From contig JBJOKS010000013.1 in NCBI GenBank assembly GCA_046045965.1, positions 73,490 through 137,489 on the forward strand: a stretch of DNA of 64,000 bases, written 5' to 3'. Shown in pieces: positions 43,896 through 55,168 of this stretch. Source of the DNA: Cyanobacteriota bacterium. GTDB lineage: Bacteria > Cyanobacteriota > Cyanobacteriia > Cyanobacteriales > Nostocaceae. How positions within the stretch are numbered: the stretch's first letter is position 1; every line of letters begins with the position of its first letter. The translations under genes were made by a program, and so were the position numbers. Below the pieces are notes generated by a model. The model was given only the letters and a program-made list of their open reading frames with translations, ran no database searches and had not been told where the DNA came from.

Positions 43896-44495
43896 GTGAT
43901 TATAGTCATTGATAATTACGATAGCTTTACATATAATTTGGTGCAGTATTTGGGAGAACTAGCCGCAGATTTCCCTGTAGCTGCTGAATTGAAAGTTTTT
44001 CGTAACGATAAGATCAGTGTAGATGAAATTCGGGCATTAAATCCCGATGCAGTGGTAATTTCACCAGGTCCTGGTCGTCCAGAAGATGCAGGAATTTCTT
44101 TGGATGTAATTGAAAAACTCGGTTCTAGTTTACCGATTTTGGGTGTTTGTTTAGGACATCAAAGTATTGGTCAGGTGTTCGGTGGTAAAATCGTTTCTGC
44201 ACCAGAGTTGATGCACGGTAAAACTTCCTTGGTATCTCATCAGGGAGTTGGGGTTTTTCAAGGATTAGAAAATCCCATTACCGCTACTAGATATCATAGT
44301 TTGGTGATTGACCGCGAGACTTGCCCGGAAGTATTGGAAATCACAGCTTGGGTGGAAGATGGGACAATTATGGGAGTCCAACACCGGAACTATCCTCACA
44401 TCCAGGGAGTCCAGTTTCATCCAGAGAGTGTGTTGACTGCTTCGGGTAAGCAGTTACTGCGGAATTTTCTGGAACAATTACAGGCGAGAAAATGA
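43896..44495 (+). CDS. trpG: Anthranilate/aminodeoxychorismate synthase component II
   Basis: [28 protein letters not shown]. Confidence 0.9.
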   Translation: MIIVIDNYDSFTYNLVQYLGELAADFPVAAELKVFRNDKISVDEIRALNPDAVVISPGPGRPEDAGISLDVIEKLGSSLPILGVCLGHQSIGQVFGGKIVSAPELMHGKTSLVSHQGVGVFQGLENPITATRYHSLVIDRETCPEVLEITAWVEDGTIMGVQHRNYPHIQGVQFHPESVLTASGKQLLRNFLEQLQARK

Positions 44496-45259
44496 AACGA
44501 CGACAGTTAATGGGCTATGCTGGGGCTGGTTTGGTGACAGCTTTAGTTACTAATTTAAGTTCTAACTTTTCAGCTAATGCCCAATCTAGTGGTGTATCAG
44601 TTCAATGGTTGGGTCACACTTGCTTTCTGTTCACTGGTGGGGGTGTGAAAATTCTCGTCAATCCTTTTCGGACTATCGGCTGTACTGCTGGCTATCGTCC
44701 GCCAAAAGTTGCAGCTGATTTAGTATTGATTAGCAGTCAATTGTTAGATGAAGGTGCAGTGGACGGACTACCGGGAAATCCTAAAATAATTTATGAACCG
44801 GGTGTTTATGAGTTTAAAGGTCTTAATTTTCAAGGAATTTCTATAGACCATGACCGCAAAGGTGGTAGACAATTCGGTAAAAATACTGCTTGGAAGTGGA
44901 ATCAAGGGGGAATTAATATTTTACATCTAGGGGGCGCGGCTGCACCTATTTCTCTTGAGCAAAAAATCCTTATGGGTCGTCCTGATGTGGCTTTAGTTCC
45001 CGTGGGGGGTAGTGCTAAAGCTTACAATGCTCAGGAAGCAAAAGAGGCTATTGGGGTGTTAAATCCCAAGTTGGTCATTCCCACCCATTATCGTACTCAG
45101 GCGGCTGATGCAGCTAGTTGTGAGATTACACCTGTGGATGATTTTCTTAATTTGATGTCGGGTGTGAATGTGCGCCGGGGTAATGATGATGCTATCGCTA
45201 TTAATTCTCAGGCTTTGCCGGAAAGTACGGAAATTCAGGTTTTGAGTTATAGGTTTTAG
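44492..45259 (+). CDS. Tat-exported MBL-fold protein
   Basis: MKRRQLM signal, WLGHTCF, VIPTHY; metal ligands degenerate. Confidence 0.82.
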   Translation: MKRRQLMGYAGAGLVTALVTNLSSNFSANAQSSGVSVQWLGHTCFLFTGGGVKILVNPFRTIGCTAGYRPPKVAADLVLISSQLLDEGAVDGLPGNPKIIYEPGVYEFKGLNFQGISIDHDRKGGRQFGKNTAWKWNQGGINILHLGGAAAPISLEQKILMGRPDVALVPVGGSAKAYNAQEAKEAIGVLNPKLVIPTHYRTQAADAASCEITPVDDFLNLMSGVNVRRGNDDAIAINSQALPESTEIQVLSYRF

Positions 45260-45271
45260 GTAGATATTGAC

Positions 45272-45300
45272 GTTGGGTTTCGTTCCTTAACCCAACCTAC
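45272..45300 (-). repeat. REP-like element GTAGGTTGGGTT..GGAACGAAACCCAAC
   Basis: GTAG-headed palindrome; same family as 49463-49537. Confidence 0.8.
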
Positions 45301-45332
45301 CCTGATGCTAAATATTTTGTCGTAGTTCTTCC

Positions 45333-45372
45333 TTATCCACTTTAGGATAACATATCTAAAACTCTTTGTCAA
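45333..45372 (-). promoter_or_regulatory. Orphan sigma70-type promoter with overlapping palindrome
   Basis: TTGACA-17 bp-(TGn)TATCCT on minus strand; TTATCC-N6-GGATAA dyad at 45333-45350. Confidence 0.5.
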
Positions 45373-45562
45373 CACTCGATACTACATCAAGTGAGCGTTC
45401 CGGTGTGGTGGGAGTCAAGAAAGCGATCGCTCTCCTATGAGATTAAATCAAAAGTGCGATCGCTGGTTTTTAGTTCTCAATAATTCCAGAAATCTTGGTA
45501 AATTGATTATCAGTGATTTTTCCCAATCACCAATTACCAATTACCAATTACCAATTACCCAT

Positions 45563-46822
45563 TTAATTTGTAAACCATTCTGAAGTCAGCCTATTTTCAT
45601 CAGCTATAAATGTCTCAGTTGCGAGAGTGCCATTCATGGTCCAAATTCTATCTGCACCTGTTTGTTGATCTCTCCAGTAGATGTCAGTTCTGCCATCACC
45701 ATTGAAATCACCAAGAGATGATGTCAAACCAGGGGTATTGCTAGGTAAGAAGGCTTCCGATTCAATTGTTGTACCATTCATCAACCAAGCGGTATTCTCA
45801 CCAGTTGTAGTATTGTTCCAGAAAATGTCAGTTCTGCCATCACCATTGAAATCACCAATGTTAGCAGTCCAATCTGTACTCAATGTATTAACAGCACCTT
45901 CGGTAACAAGAATGCCATTCATGGTCCAAATCTGGTTCTCACCGGTGGAGGTGTTGCGCCACAAAATATCTGTACTTAAGTCGCCGTTAAAATCACCAAG
46001 CATAGCAGTCCAAGACGCATCCTGTGATTGTAAAGTAAATTCGCTGGCTTCGCTACCATCCATAAACCAAACGCTGTTTTCGCCGGTGGTGGTGTTGCGC
46101 CAGAAAATGTCACTCCTACCATTTCCGTCGAAATCAACAATGGTTGCAGTCAAACCTATTTCTGTTGTTTCTAAAATGTTAGCACTGACAACTGTTGTTC
46201 CATCCATTTGCCAAATGGCATTCTGACCTGTTTGGGCATTGTGCCAGAAAATATCAGTTTTGCGATCGCCATTAAAATCAGCAATATTCGCAGTCCAACC
46301 TGGATCAACTCTATCTAATGTTAGGAAACTAGCAACTCTAGTTCCATCCATTAACACAACCACATTCTCACCAGTTTGTTGGTTGCGTAATAGAAAGTCT
46401 GTCTTATTATCACTGTTGAAATCAGCAGTTTGATAAGTCCAGGTTGTTAAGTCATATTGACCTAAAGAAGCCTGTTCGACAACGTTTACACCATCCATTA
46501 AGCGAACGAAAATTTCACCAGTTTGTACATTTACCCACAGTTTATCAGTTCTCCCATCACCGTTGAAATCAGGAACAATTGCTGCACTGGTTAAATAAGG
46601 GTTAGGGTTGGGGTTGGCGCTTCCTACTGGTGGTAACTGAGGTAAAGTATTTGTGGGTAAATCACTTGGTAGTTGGGGAAATAATGAATCTGAAGATGAT
46701 CCAGGTGCAAAATTTGTAGGAAGTTCTGCATTAAGAGGATCTACCAAAGTATTTGATCTTTCGAGAGATAGTAATCCTGCTGATTGTAGGCTTTCTTGAT
46801 ATAATCCTGATTGATTAGGCAT
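45563..46822 (-). CDS. FG-GAP/VCBS repeat protein
   Basis: Seven DFNGDGRTDI.W-type repeats after a low-complexity N-terminus. Confidence 0.9.
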   Translation of the reverse strand: MPNQSGLYQESLQSAGLLSLERSNTLVDPLNAELPTNFAPGSSSDSLFPQLPSDLPTNTLPQLPPVGSANPNPNPYLTSAAIVPDFNGDGRTDKLWVNVQTGEIFVRLMDGVNVVEQASLGQYDLTTWTYQTADFNSDNKTDFLLRNQQTGENVVVLMDGTRVASFLTLDRVDPGWTANIADFNGDRKTDIFWHNAQTGQNAIWQMDGTTVVSANILETTEIGLTATIVDFDGNGRSDIFWRNTTTGENSVWFMDGSEASEFTLQSQDASWTAMLGDFNGDLSTDILWRNTSTGENQIWTMNGILVTEGAVNTLSTDWTANIGDFNGDGRTDIFWNNTTTGENTAWLMNGTTIESEAFLPSNTPGLTSSLGDFNGDGRTDIYWRDQQTGADRIWTMNGTLATETFIADENRLTSEWFTN

Positions 46823-47257
46823 GGTGTGTTTTTATGAGTAATTAATATAAAGTTTTAGTTGATTAAAAATAAAGATTCTGTAAATAAAAAACATTTATTT
46901 AATTATTTAATGTGAATGTCATTATATATAGATATTTCATTAATGTTTTCCAGAGCTTTTTCTCAAAAATAAAAGTAATATATGAGCAATCAAAAATCAA
47001 TTTATTTTTTGTTTATCAATGTCATAATTTAACTATCAAATCCTGTTTTGTTGACAATTTAATTGTCATAATTTATTGATTCAATTTAGGAGTTCTATAA
47101 GATTTATATTCCCAACTTCTGGAATAAGTAGGGGATCTGGTAGTTCGTTAAAAAAATTAAAAATTAGCTAAAATAATTAAGATTAGCAATCACAAACATA
47201 CCTGTGTAATTTTGCTAGTGTTAAAAACAATACTATCTTTTCAAGGTTAAATCAGCT

Positions 47258-48565
47258 ATGCAATCAGAATATCGGCAGCGTCGTGAGCAGTTAATGGCGA
47301 AAATTGGTACTGGGACAGGGATTTTTCGCAGCGCACCTTCAGCAGTGATGCACAACGATGTTGAGTATGTTTACAGACAAGATAGTGATTTCTATTACTT
47401 AACAGGATTTAACGAAGCGCAAGCGGTAGCGGTGTTAGCACCCCATCACCCAGAACATCGGTTTATTTTGTTTGTGCAACCCAAAGATAGAGAAAAGGAA
47501 GTTTGGAGTGGTTATCGCTGTGGAATAGATGCAGCGAAGGAAATTTATGGTGCAGATGCAGCTTATCCTATTGCAGAGTTAGATGAGAAGTTACCACAAT
47601 ATTTGGAAAAAGCGGATCGGATATATTATCATTTAGGACGCGATCGCAATTTTAATGACAAAATTCTCAAACATTATCAAAGTTTACTGCGTACCTATCC
47701 CAAACGCGGAACAGGACCAATAGCAATAGAAGATACCAGCACTATTTTACACGGTTTAAGATTACATAAAAGTAAAACCGAAATAGACCTCATGCGTCAA
47801 GCAGCGGATATTGCAGTGGAAGCACACAACCACGCTTTAAAAGTCACCGCACCAGGACGTTATGAATATGAAATACAAGCAGAAATAGAACATATTTTCC
47901 GTTTACGGGGTGGGATGGGTCCTGCTTATCCTTCCATTGTTGCTGCGGGAAGAAATGCTTGCGTTCTGCATTACATAGAAAATAATTGTCAGATGCAAGA
48001 AAACGAATTGTTATTAATTGATGCTGGTTGTGCTTACGGTTATTACAATTCTGATATTACCAGAACATTTCCGGTGAGTGGTAAATTTACAGGAGAACAA
48101 AAAGCATTATATGAAATAGTATTAGAAGCACAAAAACAAGCAATACAAGAAGTAAAACCAGGAAATGCTTTTGATGCACCTCATAAAAAAGCAGTGCGTA
48201 TCTTAACAGAAGGTTTAGTAGAATTGGGTTTACTCAAAGGGGAAATTGACAAATTAATAGAGGAGGAAAAATACAAACCATTTTATATGCACCGCACCAG
48301 TCATTGGTTAGGGTTGGATGTGCATGATGTGGGAATTTATCAACATGGAGAAAACCCGCAACTTTTACAACCTGGACAAGTGCTGACAATAGAACCAGGA
48401 CTTTATATTGTACCAGATACCACACCCGCAGAAGATCAACCAGCAATAGATCCGCGTTGGGTGGGAATTGGGATTAGAATTGAGGATGATGTGTTGGTTA
48501 CTGCTGAGGGAAATGAGGTTTTAACTGCGGGAGTTGCCAAGGAAATTGAGGATGTAGAAAGATGA
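47258..48565 (+). CDS. pepP: Xaa-Pro aminopeptidase
   Basis: YRQDSDFYYLTG, IDAG, SDITRT, HWLGLDVHD, EPGLY, GIRIEDD. Confidence 0.94.
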   Translation: MQSEYRQRREQLMAKIGTGTGIFRSAPSAVMHNDVEYVYRQDSDFYYLTGFNEAQAVAVLAPHHPEHRFILFVQPKDREKEVWSGYRCGIDAAKEIYGADAAYPIAELDEKLPQYLEKADRIYYHLGRDRNFNDKILKHYQSLLRTYPKRGTGPIAIEDTSTILHGLRLHKSKTEIDLMRQAADIAVEAHNHALKVTAPGRYEYEIQAEIEHIFRLRGGMGPAYPSIVAAGRNACVLHYIENNCQMQENELLLIDAGCAYGYYNSDITRTFPVSGKFTGEQKALYEIVLEAQKQAIQEVKPGNAFDAPHKKAVRILTEGLVELGLLKGEIDKLIEEEKYKPFYMHRTSHWLGLDVHDVGIYQHGENPQLLQPGQVLTIEPGLYIVPDTTPAEDQPAIDPRWVGIGIRIEDDVLVTAEGNEVLTAGVAKEIEDVER

Positions 48566-48700
48566 TTTGTAAATAATTTGTAGGGAATTATTGCCAGGAA
48601 TTATAGCCAGGGAATAAATTCTTAAAAGCTGAAGTCGGTTTTAACCGACTATTTTATTTAACCTTGTATTTGGGAAAAATTTGGCAAGAGTGAATATATT

Positions 48701-48831
48701 TAAGTAGGTAGGCGTTAAAAATTGTCGTTATGACAAGGCAGGAGGCAGGAGGCAGCTATGCTGGAGGGAGGAGGTTTTTAGCAATTTTACATTTTTTTAC
48801 ATACCTTGGTTTTTTCGTGCCGACTTACTTA
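48701..48831. mobile_element. MITE (~131 bp) with TAAGTAGGT.GGC terminal inverted repeats
   Basis: TAAGTAGGTAGGCG ... GTGCCGACTTACTTA; internal AGGCAGG STRR. Confidence 0.7.
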
Positions 48832-48900
48832 GATACAATATAAAATATCTATTTTCTGATTTTTTTGTTTGTCAAAAACCAAATTTAACCGGAGGTGACA

Positions 48901-49458
48901 ATGACTCTTACTTTAGTCAGACACCAATTTACTGTTAAACAATATCATCAAATGGCTGATGCGGGTATTTTAACAGAAAATGACCGTGTAGAATTAATCA
49001 GGGGGGAAATGATTGATATGTCACCTATTGGGACAAGACACTCAGGTTGTGTACTATTTTTAAATAGTTTACTAGCTGTGTTATTGGGAGGACGTGCTTT
49101 AATTAATGTGCAGAATCCTGTAGAATTAGATGAAATTTCTGAACCGCAACCAGACATAGCATTATTAAAACCCCGTGCAGATTTTTATAGAAATGCACAC
49201 CCCCAACCAGAAGATATATTTTTGTTAATAGAAGTTGCCGATACAACGGTAAAATATGATCGGGAAGTGAAAATTCCTTTGTATGCAGAAGCAAATATTC
49301 CTGAAGTTTGGTTAGTGGATGTTAACCAGGAAATTATGGAAGTTTATAGAAATGCTATTGATGGAATTTATCAGGATGTAAAGAATTTAGGGAAGAATCA
49401 AGTTTTATCAATTTTAGCTTTTCCTGATGTGAATATTAATGTGAGTGAGATATTTTAA
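48901..49458 (+). CDS. Uma2-family endonuclease
   Basis: RVELIRGE..MSP, EPQPD, LIEVAD, YAEANIPEVW; GGAGG RBS. Confidence 0.92.
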   Translation: MTLTLVRHQFTVKQYHQMADAGILTENDRVELIRGEMIDMSPIGTRHSGCVLFLNSLLAVLLGGRALINVQNPVELDEISEPQPDIALLKPRADFYRNAHPQPEDIFLLIEVADTTVKYDREVKIPLYAEANIPEVWLVDVNQEIMEVYRNAIDGIYQDVKNLGKNQVLSILAFPDVNINVSEIF

Positions 49459-49462
49459 AGTA

Positions 49463-49537
49463 GTAGGTTGGGTTAAATGAAATGCAACCCAACAAAGTCT
49501 GCAAAACGTTGGTTTTCCTTATGTCAACCCAACCTAC
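49463..49537. repeat. REPIN-like inverted pair of REP elements
   Basis: GTAGGTTGGGTT...AACCCAAC / GTTGGTTT...AACCCAACCTAC between convergent genes. Confidence 0.8.
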
Positions 49538-49560
49538 AATTTTGATATATGGTGAAATAT

Positions 49561-52500
49561 TTACTCTATCGGGAAACCAGGAATTAAATAATCAATTTCT
49601 TGCATTAACCGCAAGGTTTCTGTTAAAGCAACAACGATTTTTTGATAGTGGATAATCTCATCTTCAGATAATACTCGATTAGCATTTTTTCTATCTTTTA
49701 ACCATTTATCCAATACTTGATATCCACCTATTTTAAATTCCCAGATGTGTTGAGGAATATCTGTAAAATAATTCTGTTTATTGATATAAACTCTTTGCAA
49801 TTCTGAATTATAGGTAACTTCAGTAATTTGATTATCTCCTATTTGTTGATAGGTTGTAATTAAATTATCGAGTTTTTCAGATTTCATTAAATGTAAATTG
49901 ACTAATTCTTCTCCTTTGGTAGCTAAAGAATTAAATAGTTTTTGATTACTGGTTAAGGGAAGACGGGGAAAATCAATCTTGAGAAATTCAGCGTATCTAG
50001 TGCGATAGATAGGACTGTGAAAAATAGCATAAGCATAGTAAAATATTTGTTCTGGAGTTGGTATTTTACCAAGTTTGTTTTTTATAGTTTCTAAGAATTT
50101 TGGGGATAAGTTAGGAGTTTTTTCTACGAAAAGGTTAGTTTGTTCATTTTCTGTATTTGGATAAGTGTAGAGAGGGAAAACACTTGGTCTACCTCTATTA
50201 CTAAAAAAACTACGATTATCAACTATATGATTACAAACCATAAAATGTGTATATTGATTATCTCCTGAAGCTACTTGTCTCATCGCTAATAGTCCCAGGT
50301 TATTCTGAATTAAATTTGTTAAAACTTTTTCTTGCATTCTTCTAAGAATACTATGAAAATAGGTAAATCTTATATCAAAGGGTCTATAATATATCGGTTG
50401 AATTAGATTATTTTCGATTCCATTTTGAACAATTAATAATCTGGATTTAAAAAAGTTCCAATTAGAAGAATCTGCAATTTTATAAACATCAGCTATGTCT
50501 TGATCAGAAATTTTGGGGTTAGCTAAAATTTTAATAAATTCTTGAATTTTATTTTTTTCAAAAGCAACTAAAACATCATCTTTTCCAGTTTCTATGACGT
50601 TAGAATAGACTAAAAATATATCTTGAAGACTCCAATATTTTTTATATTCTTTTTCTGTATCTGAACAATAATTGATAGCAGTAAAAAAGTAATTTGGTGC
50701 AGTTGGTTGTAACTCTATCCAATCAACATTATTTAAACTTGTAGATTCTAAAAACTTATATTTTTCATCACGACTTCCCCACAGATCATAATACCACACC
50801 TTAGCCATTTCCTTGATACCATCTCTGGATTTATAAGCAGTAGAAAAATAATCAGGTTCGCTTTTTTCGCGCACAGCAATTAAAATAGATACACCTTGTT
50901 GAATATCAAAAACATTTTGATCAACATTTCCCTCTGGTGTAGTTTCTTTTAATAAAGAATTACCATGTAAATCCATAATATATAAAGTATCAAAATACTT
51001 TAATAACTCCTCTCTCATACCGCGATGAATTAACCCATTGAGATAGGAATGATTAGTAATAAAACCGATGATACCATAGCCTTTAGGTGTTTTTTGAATT
51101 TGATATTGAGCAAAACGAATAAATTTAATATAATCATCATCTAAAGGTTGAATATTCTTTTCTTTTTCTAACCTAACTCTACCTTTATATAATTCTAAAA
51201 GTTCTCCAATATGGGTTAATTCAGTAATAGTTTTACCAGCTTTTCCGGTTTTATAAATCCGATTCCAAACTGAACCAGTATATTCAACATCAGCTAAATA
51301 TCTTTCATCTTGGTTTAAGATTCTTTTGCGTTTACTCGCATTTTGGGAACTAACAGAATAAGGAGGATTTCCTAATACCACCATTACGGGAATTTCGGTT
51401 TTCACTTTTCCAGCTTGACTGGATTCTTCAGCTATAATTTGCGTGATACCAGGAATCAAATCACCTTGTTTTATTCCTTCTTCCAACGCATTAGTTAAAT
51501 AAATATTTAATCTTTCATCCGGTGCAAATTTATAACCCAAATCTCCTAATAATAAACCTAACTTTAGATGTGCTATGGTGTAAGGAGTCATTAATAACTC
51601 AAACCCAAAAAGACGATTTACAAGTTTTGCATCTCTTAAAAAACTATTCCATTTATCAATTCCATATTTAGCGACATTATCCCGAATTTGTTTGATAACT
51701 GCATATAAAAAAGTTCCTGTACCTGTTGCGGGGTCAAGAATAGTTACTTTTCTATTTCCTAAACCATGTTGTAAATCGAAAATTTCTTCATTCACTAAAA
51801 TATCATTAACAGCACGCACAATAAAATTAACTACAGGTTCAGGAGTGTAATAAACTCCGCGACTTTTTCTTAATGAAGATTGATAAGCAGCTAAAAATGT
51901 TTCATAAAAGTGAATAACCGGGTCTTCTGTGCGGGTTTCTCGTCCGAAGGTTTCTAAAATATTGGTCATGTCAACTGTATTTAGTAATTCTACTAAATTT
52001 TCAATTGACTTATGAATTTTACTAACGCTATCTGTAGCAATAACTATATCAAATAAACCTTTCAAAAAAGGGATTCTATCACTAATATAAATACTGGCTG
52101 TTGTGCGGTTAAATGTAAATTGTCCAGGGTTTTGTGCATGACCAATTCTCGCAGTAAATAAACCATAAGCAATGGTTTGAGCATACATATCCGCAAAACT
52201 TTGATTATCTATATCCAGAATCAATATTTGTTTAAATGTTTCTTTTAATTGATTTAATTGTTCTGTATATGTTTCTATTTCCAAAGATGAGAAAATCGCG
52301 TTTCTAATAGTTTTAGTATAAGCTGCCATTTCTTTAGCCAAATCATAATAGTTATTAATATCTTTGGCTTTTTGGTCAAGAAATAATTGCAGTAATTCTG
52401 TAATAGGTTGTAAATCATCAACCAGCGTAATTTCACCTTGTTCTAAATCAGCTAATTTCGCAGTTTTTTCACATTCTCCATCGACATACCAACGAAATTC

Positions 52501-52806
52501 CAGGTAATTAGTTAAAATCAAGTTGTAACCAATATTGGATTCTAAATAACGTTTAATTTGTTCTGTTTTTTCGGTTTTCTTTAAATCAACATTAATATCC
52601 TTAGCTTCGATATATCCCAAAACTCGATCATTTTTTCTGATGGTAAAATCAGGAATACCTTCTTGATTACCTTTTTCTTCAATTCTGGCATTAATTCCAA
52701 TCATTAAACCTTCAATGAGACGTTGTAAACTAGGGTAATGACTGCGTTCTCCACCGCGTTTAATGTTGGTTTGTAAATCTTGGATGTAGTTGTTAAAATT
52801 AGACAT
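49561..52806 (-). CDS. Single-chain restriction-modification enzyme (nuclease + N6-adenine MTase + type ISP-like TRD; no helicase)
   Basis: PDF..IEAK nuclease, GVYYTP, LDPATGTGTF, GNPPY, YRPFD, DFPRLP, IGGYQVLDKWLKDR. Confidence 0.88.
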   Translation of the reverse strand: MSNFNNYIQDLQTNIKRGGERSHYPSLQRLIEGLMIGINARIEEKGNQEGIPDFTIRKNDRVLGYIEAKDINVDLKKTEKTEQIKRYLESNIGYNLILTNYLEFRWYVDGECEKTAKLADLEQGEITLVDDLQPITELLQLFLDQKAKDINNYYDLAKEMAAYTKTIRNAIFSSLEIETYTEQLNQLKETFKQILILDIDNQSFADMYAQTIAYGLFTARIGHAQNPGQFTFNRTTASIYISDRIPFLKGLFDIVIATDSVSKIHKSIENLVELLNTVDMTNILETFGRETRTEDPVIHFYETFLAAYQSSLRKSRGVYYTPEPVVNFIVRAVNDILVNEEIFDLQHGLGNRKVTILDPATGTGTFLYAVIKQIRDNVAKYGIDKWNSFLRDAKLVNRLFGFELLMTPYTIAHLKLGLLLGDLGYKFAPDERLNIYLTNALEEGIKQGDLIPGITQIIAEESSQAGKVKTEIPVMVVLGNPPYSVSSQNASKRKRILNQDERYLADVEYTGSVWNRIYKTGKAGKTITELTHIGELLELYKGRVRLEKEKNIQPLDDDYIKFIRFAQYQIQKTPKGYGIIGFITNHSYLNGLIHRGMREELLKYFDTLYIMDLHGNSLLKETTPEGNVDQNVFDIQQGVSILIAVREKSEPDYFSTAYKSRDGIKEMAKVWYYDLWGSRDEKYKFLESTSLNNVDWIELQPTAPNYFFTAINYCSDTEKEYKKYWSLQDIFLVYSNVIETGKDDVLVAFEKNKIQEFIKILANPKISDQDIADVYKIADSSNWNFFKSRLLIVQNGIENNLIQPIYYRPFDIRFTYFHSILRRMQEKVLTNLIQNNLGLLAMRQVASGDNQYTHFMVCNHIVDNRSFFSNRGRPSVFPLYTYPNTENEQTNLFVEKTPNLSPKFLETIKNKLGKIPTPEQIFYYAYAIFHSPIYRTRYAEFLKIDFPRLPLTSNQKLFNSLATKGEELVNLHLMKSEKLDNLITTYQQIGDNQITEVTYNSELQRVYINKQNYFTDIPQHIWEFKIGGYQVLDKWLKDRKNANRVLSEDEIIHYQKIVVALTETLRLMQEIDYLIPGFPIE

Positions 52807-52900
52807 AACCAGCAGCAGCACATTAATAGATAATTTTCGTTTGACAATAGCATAAAACTATTTATAAGTGACTGAATTGTAGCGAAAAATTACAATAGTC

Positions 52901-52937
52901 AAAAAAAATGGATATGGTCAAATCAACCACATCCATT
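52901..52937 (-). terminator. Terminator of ftsH
   Basis: AATGGATATGGT...ACCACATCCATT hairpin with an A run on plus (U tract on minus). Confidence 0.75.
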
Positions 52938-52959
52938 CACAGAATTGATAAGTTAGAAA

Positions 52960-54846
52960 TTACAGTTGAGGAACAAACTGTTGCTTATCAGGTACTTCAG
53001 TATACTCAGCGACAATTTGCCGGAATTCGTCACCGTCAATGGTTTCTTTTTCAATTAACAGATCAACCAAGCGGTCTGTAACACTGCGATGTTCACGAAT
53101 AATTCTCTTAGCATTTTCGTAACACTCTTCGGCGATCGCTCTGACTTGTCCATCAATCCGAGAAGCAATAGATTCAGAATACTCTGATCTGGTTGTCCAG
53201 TCACGACCTAAGAAAACTTCACCCTGTTGACTTTCCAAAGACAAAGGACCTAAGTCAGACATCCCAAATCGTGTTACCATTTGTCGTGCCATTCCTGATA
53301 ACTGTTGCAAGTCTCCACCCGCACCAGTTGTCACTTCCGCAGCACCGAAAATCACTTCTTCAGCAGCACGACCACCCAAAGCACCAGTAATTCTGGCTTT
53401 GAGTTGGGAACGAGAAATTAAACCTTGTTCTTCGTTGGGAGTAAACCAGGTTAAACCCTGTGCTTGTCCTCTGGGAATGAGGGTAACTTTTTGTACTGGG
53501 TCGTGGTCTTTTAATAAAGTACCCACCAAAGCATGACCGATTTCATGGTAAGCAATTAACCGCTTACTCTTGCTGTCTACTAAAGGAGTACCTTCCATAC
53601 CCGCAACTACTCTGTCTACTGCATCATCAATTTCTAACAGAGTAATTCCTTCTTTGCGTCTTCTAGCGGTGAGAATAGCTGCTTCATTGAGGAGGTTAGC
53701 TAAGTCTGCACCTGTAAAGCCGGGTGTACGACGAGCGATCGCATCTAAGGAAACGCTGGGATCTAATTTTTTATTGCGAGCATGAACTTGCAATATTTCT
53801 AAACGTCCTTTAATGTCGGGAGCATCAACAGTTACTTGTCTATCAAAACGACCGGGACGCAATAGTGCTGAGTCTAAAACATCAGGACGGTTGGTAGCAG
53901 CAATAATAATGATGCCTGTATTACCTTCAAAACCATCCATTTCGGTTAATAGTTGGTTTAAGGTTTGCTCTCTTTCATCATTACCACCACCGATACCCGC
54001 ACCCCGTTGACGACCTACAGCGTCAATTTCATCAATAAAGATGATACAAGGAGCGTTATCTTTCGCTTTTTTAAACAAGTCGCGGACACGGGAAGCACCC
54101 ACACCCACAAACATTTCGACAAACTCAGAACCAGAGATAGAGAAGAAAGGAACAGCAGCTTCTCCAGCGATCGCTTTTGCTAGTAGAGTTTTACCAGTAC
54201 CAGGAGGTCCAACCAACAGCACACCTTTGGGAATTTTCGCACCCACAGCCGTAAATTTTTCCGGTTGTTTCAAGAAAGTGACAACTTCCTGTAATTCTTC
54301 CTTCGCTTCTTCAATTCCCGCCACATCATCAAATTTTACGCCGGTTTTCGCTTCCATTTGGAAACGAGCGCGAGATTTACCGAAATTCATCGCTTGGCCA
54401 GGACCACCGGGAAGATTATTAGAACGACGGAACAAGAAGAATAAACCAGTAATCAATAAAACTGGAAAGATCAAATTTCCCAACAAACCCCAGATAGCGC
54501 CATCATTGCGGATGGGATGAGCATCAAAGCTAACATTATGTTCTTTGAGTTTATTAATTAACTCAGGCGCGTTATAAGGCAAATCTACCCGCCAGCGTTG
54601 AACACGGTTTTCAATATCTTGGTCATTCGCTTCGATAATTGCAGTTCTACCGCCATCATACAGGTCTACATTGGTAACGCGATCAGCGTCCAAGTATTCC
54701 AGAAAGCGGCCATAGGTCATGCGGGTATTAGCTGCATTTTTACTTTGATCAGCGGGAGCGCCCGCAAAAGCGCCTTGCCAAAAGAAAAAGCCAATTACTA
54801 AAGCCAGCACTGACCAGAGTGCTACGACTTTCCAAGAGAATTTCAT
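52960..54846 (-). CDS. ftsH2: ATP-dependent zinc metalloprotease FtsH2
   Basis: [32 protein letters not shown]. Confidence 0.93.
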   Translation of the reverse strand: MKFSWKVVALWSVLALVIGFFFWQGAFAGAPADQSKNAANTRMTYGRFLEYLDADRVTNVDLYDGGRTAIIEANDQDIENRVQRWRVDLPYNAPELINKLKEHNVSFDAHPIRNDGAIWGLLGNLIFPVLLITGLFFLFRRSNNLPGGPGQAMNFGKSRARFQMEAKTGVKFDDVAGIEEAKEELQEVVTFLKQPEKFTAVGAKIPKGVLLVGPPGTGKTLLAKAIAGEAAVPFFSISGSEFVEMFVGVGASRVRDLFKKAKDNAPCIIFIDEIDAVGRQRGAGIGGGNDEREQTLNQLLTEMDGFEGNTGIIIIAATNRPDVLDSALLRPGRFDRQVTVDAPDIKGRLEILQVHARNKKLDPSVSLDAIARRTPGFTGADLANLLNEAAILTARRRKEGITLLEIDDAVDRVVAGMEGTPLVDSKSKRLIAYHEIGHALVGTLLKDHDPVQKVTLIPRGQAQGLTWFTPNEEQGLISRSQLKARITGALGGRAAEEVIFGAAEVTTGAGGDLQQLSGMARQMVTRFGMSDLGPLSLESQQGEVFLGRDWTTRSEYSESIASRIDGQVRAIAEECYENAKRIIREHRSVTDRLVDLLIEKETIDGDEFRQIVAEYTEVPDKQQFVPQL

Positions 54847-55168
54847 CTTTTAATTTGCCTCTATATACCAATATGACTGCTTTTGTAACGGATGTTTATA
54901 AATCCATTTTGTAATTTGAGCCATAAAACGCCGGTTTGCTTATGGCAGATTCATGAAGTTTGTCCAGAATCTTAATTAAATTTAACCTAATTCTCATACT
55001 AATACCAATTAAAAATAGAAATTAAAAGTTAAATTTTCCCAAAGCCTTATCTATCAAGGTTTTGGAACTAAGTTCTATCTTTCACTCCCTGATACTAATT
55101 TTATGCTAAATCGCGCTGAATCTTAATTTATTAAACGCAGATAAACGCGGATGAACGCAGATAAAAAA

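Noticed and set aside
51215..51340. Intein in the methyltransferase
   Set aside because: Too short and lacks an N-terminal Cys/Ser block and terminal HN
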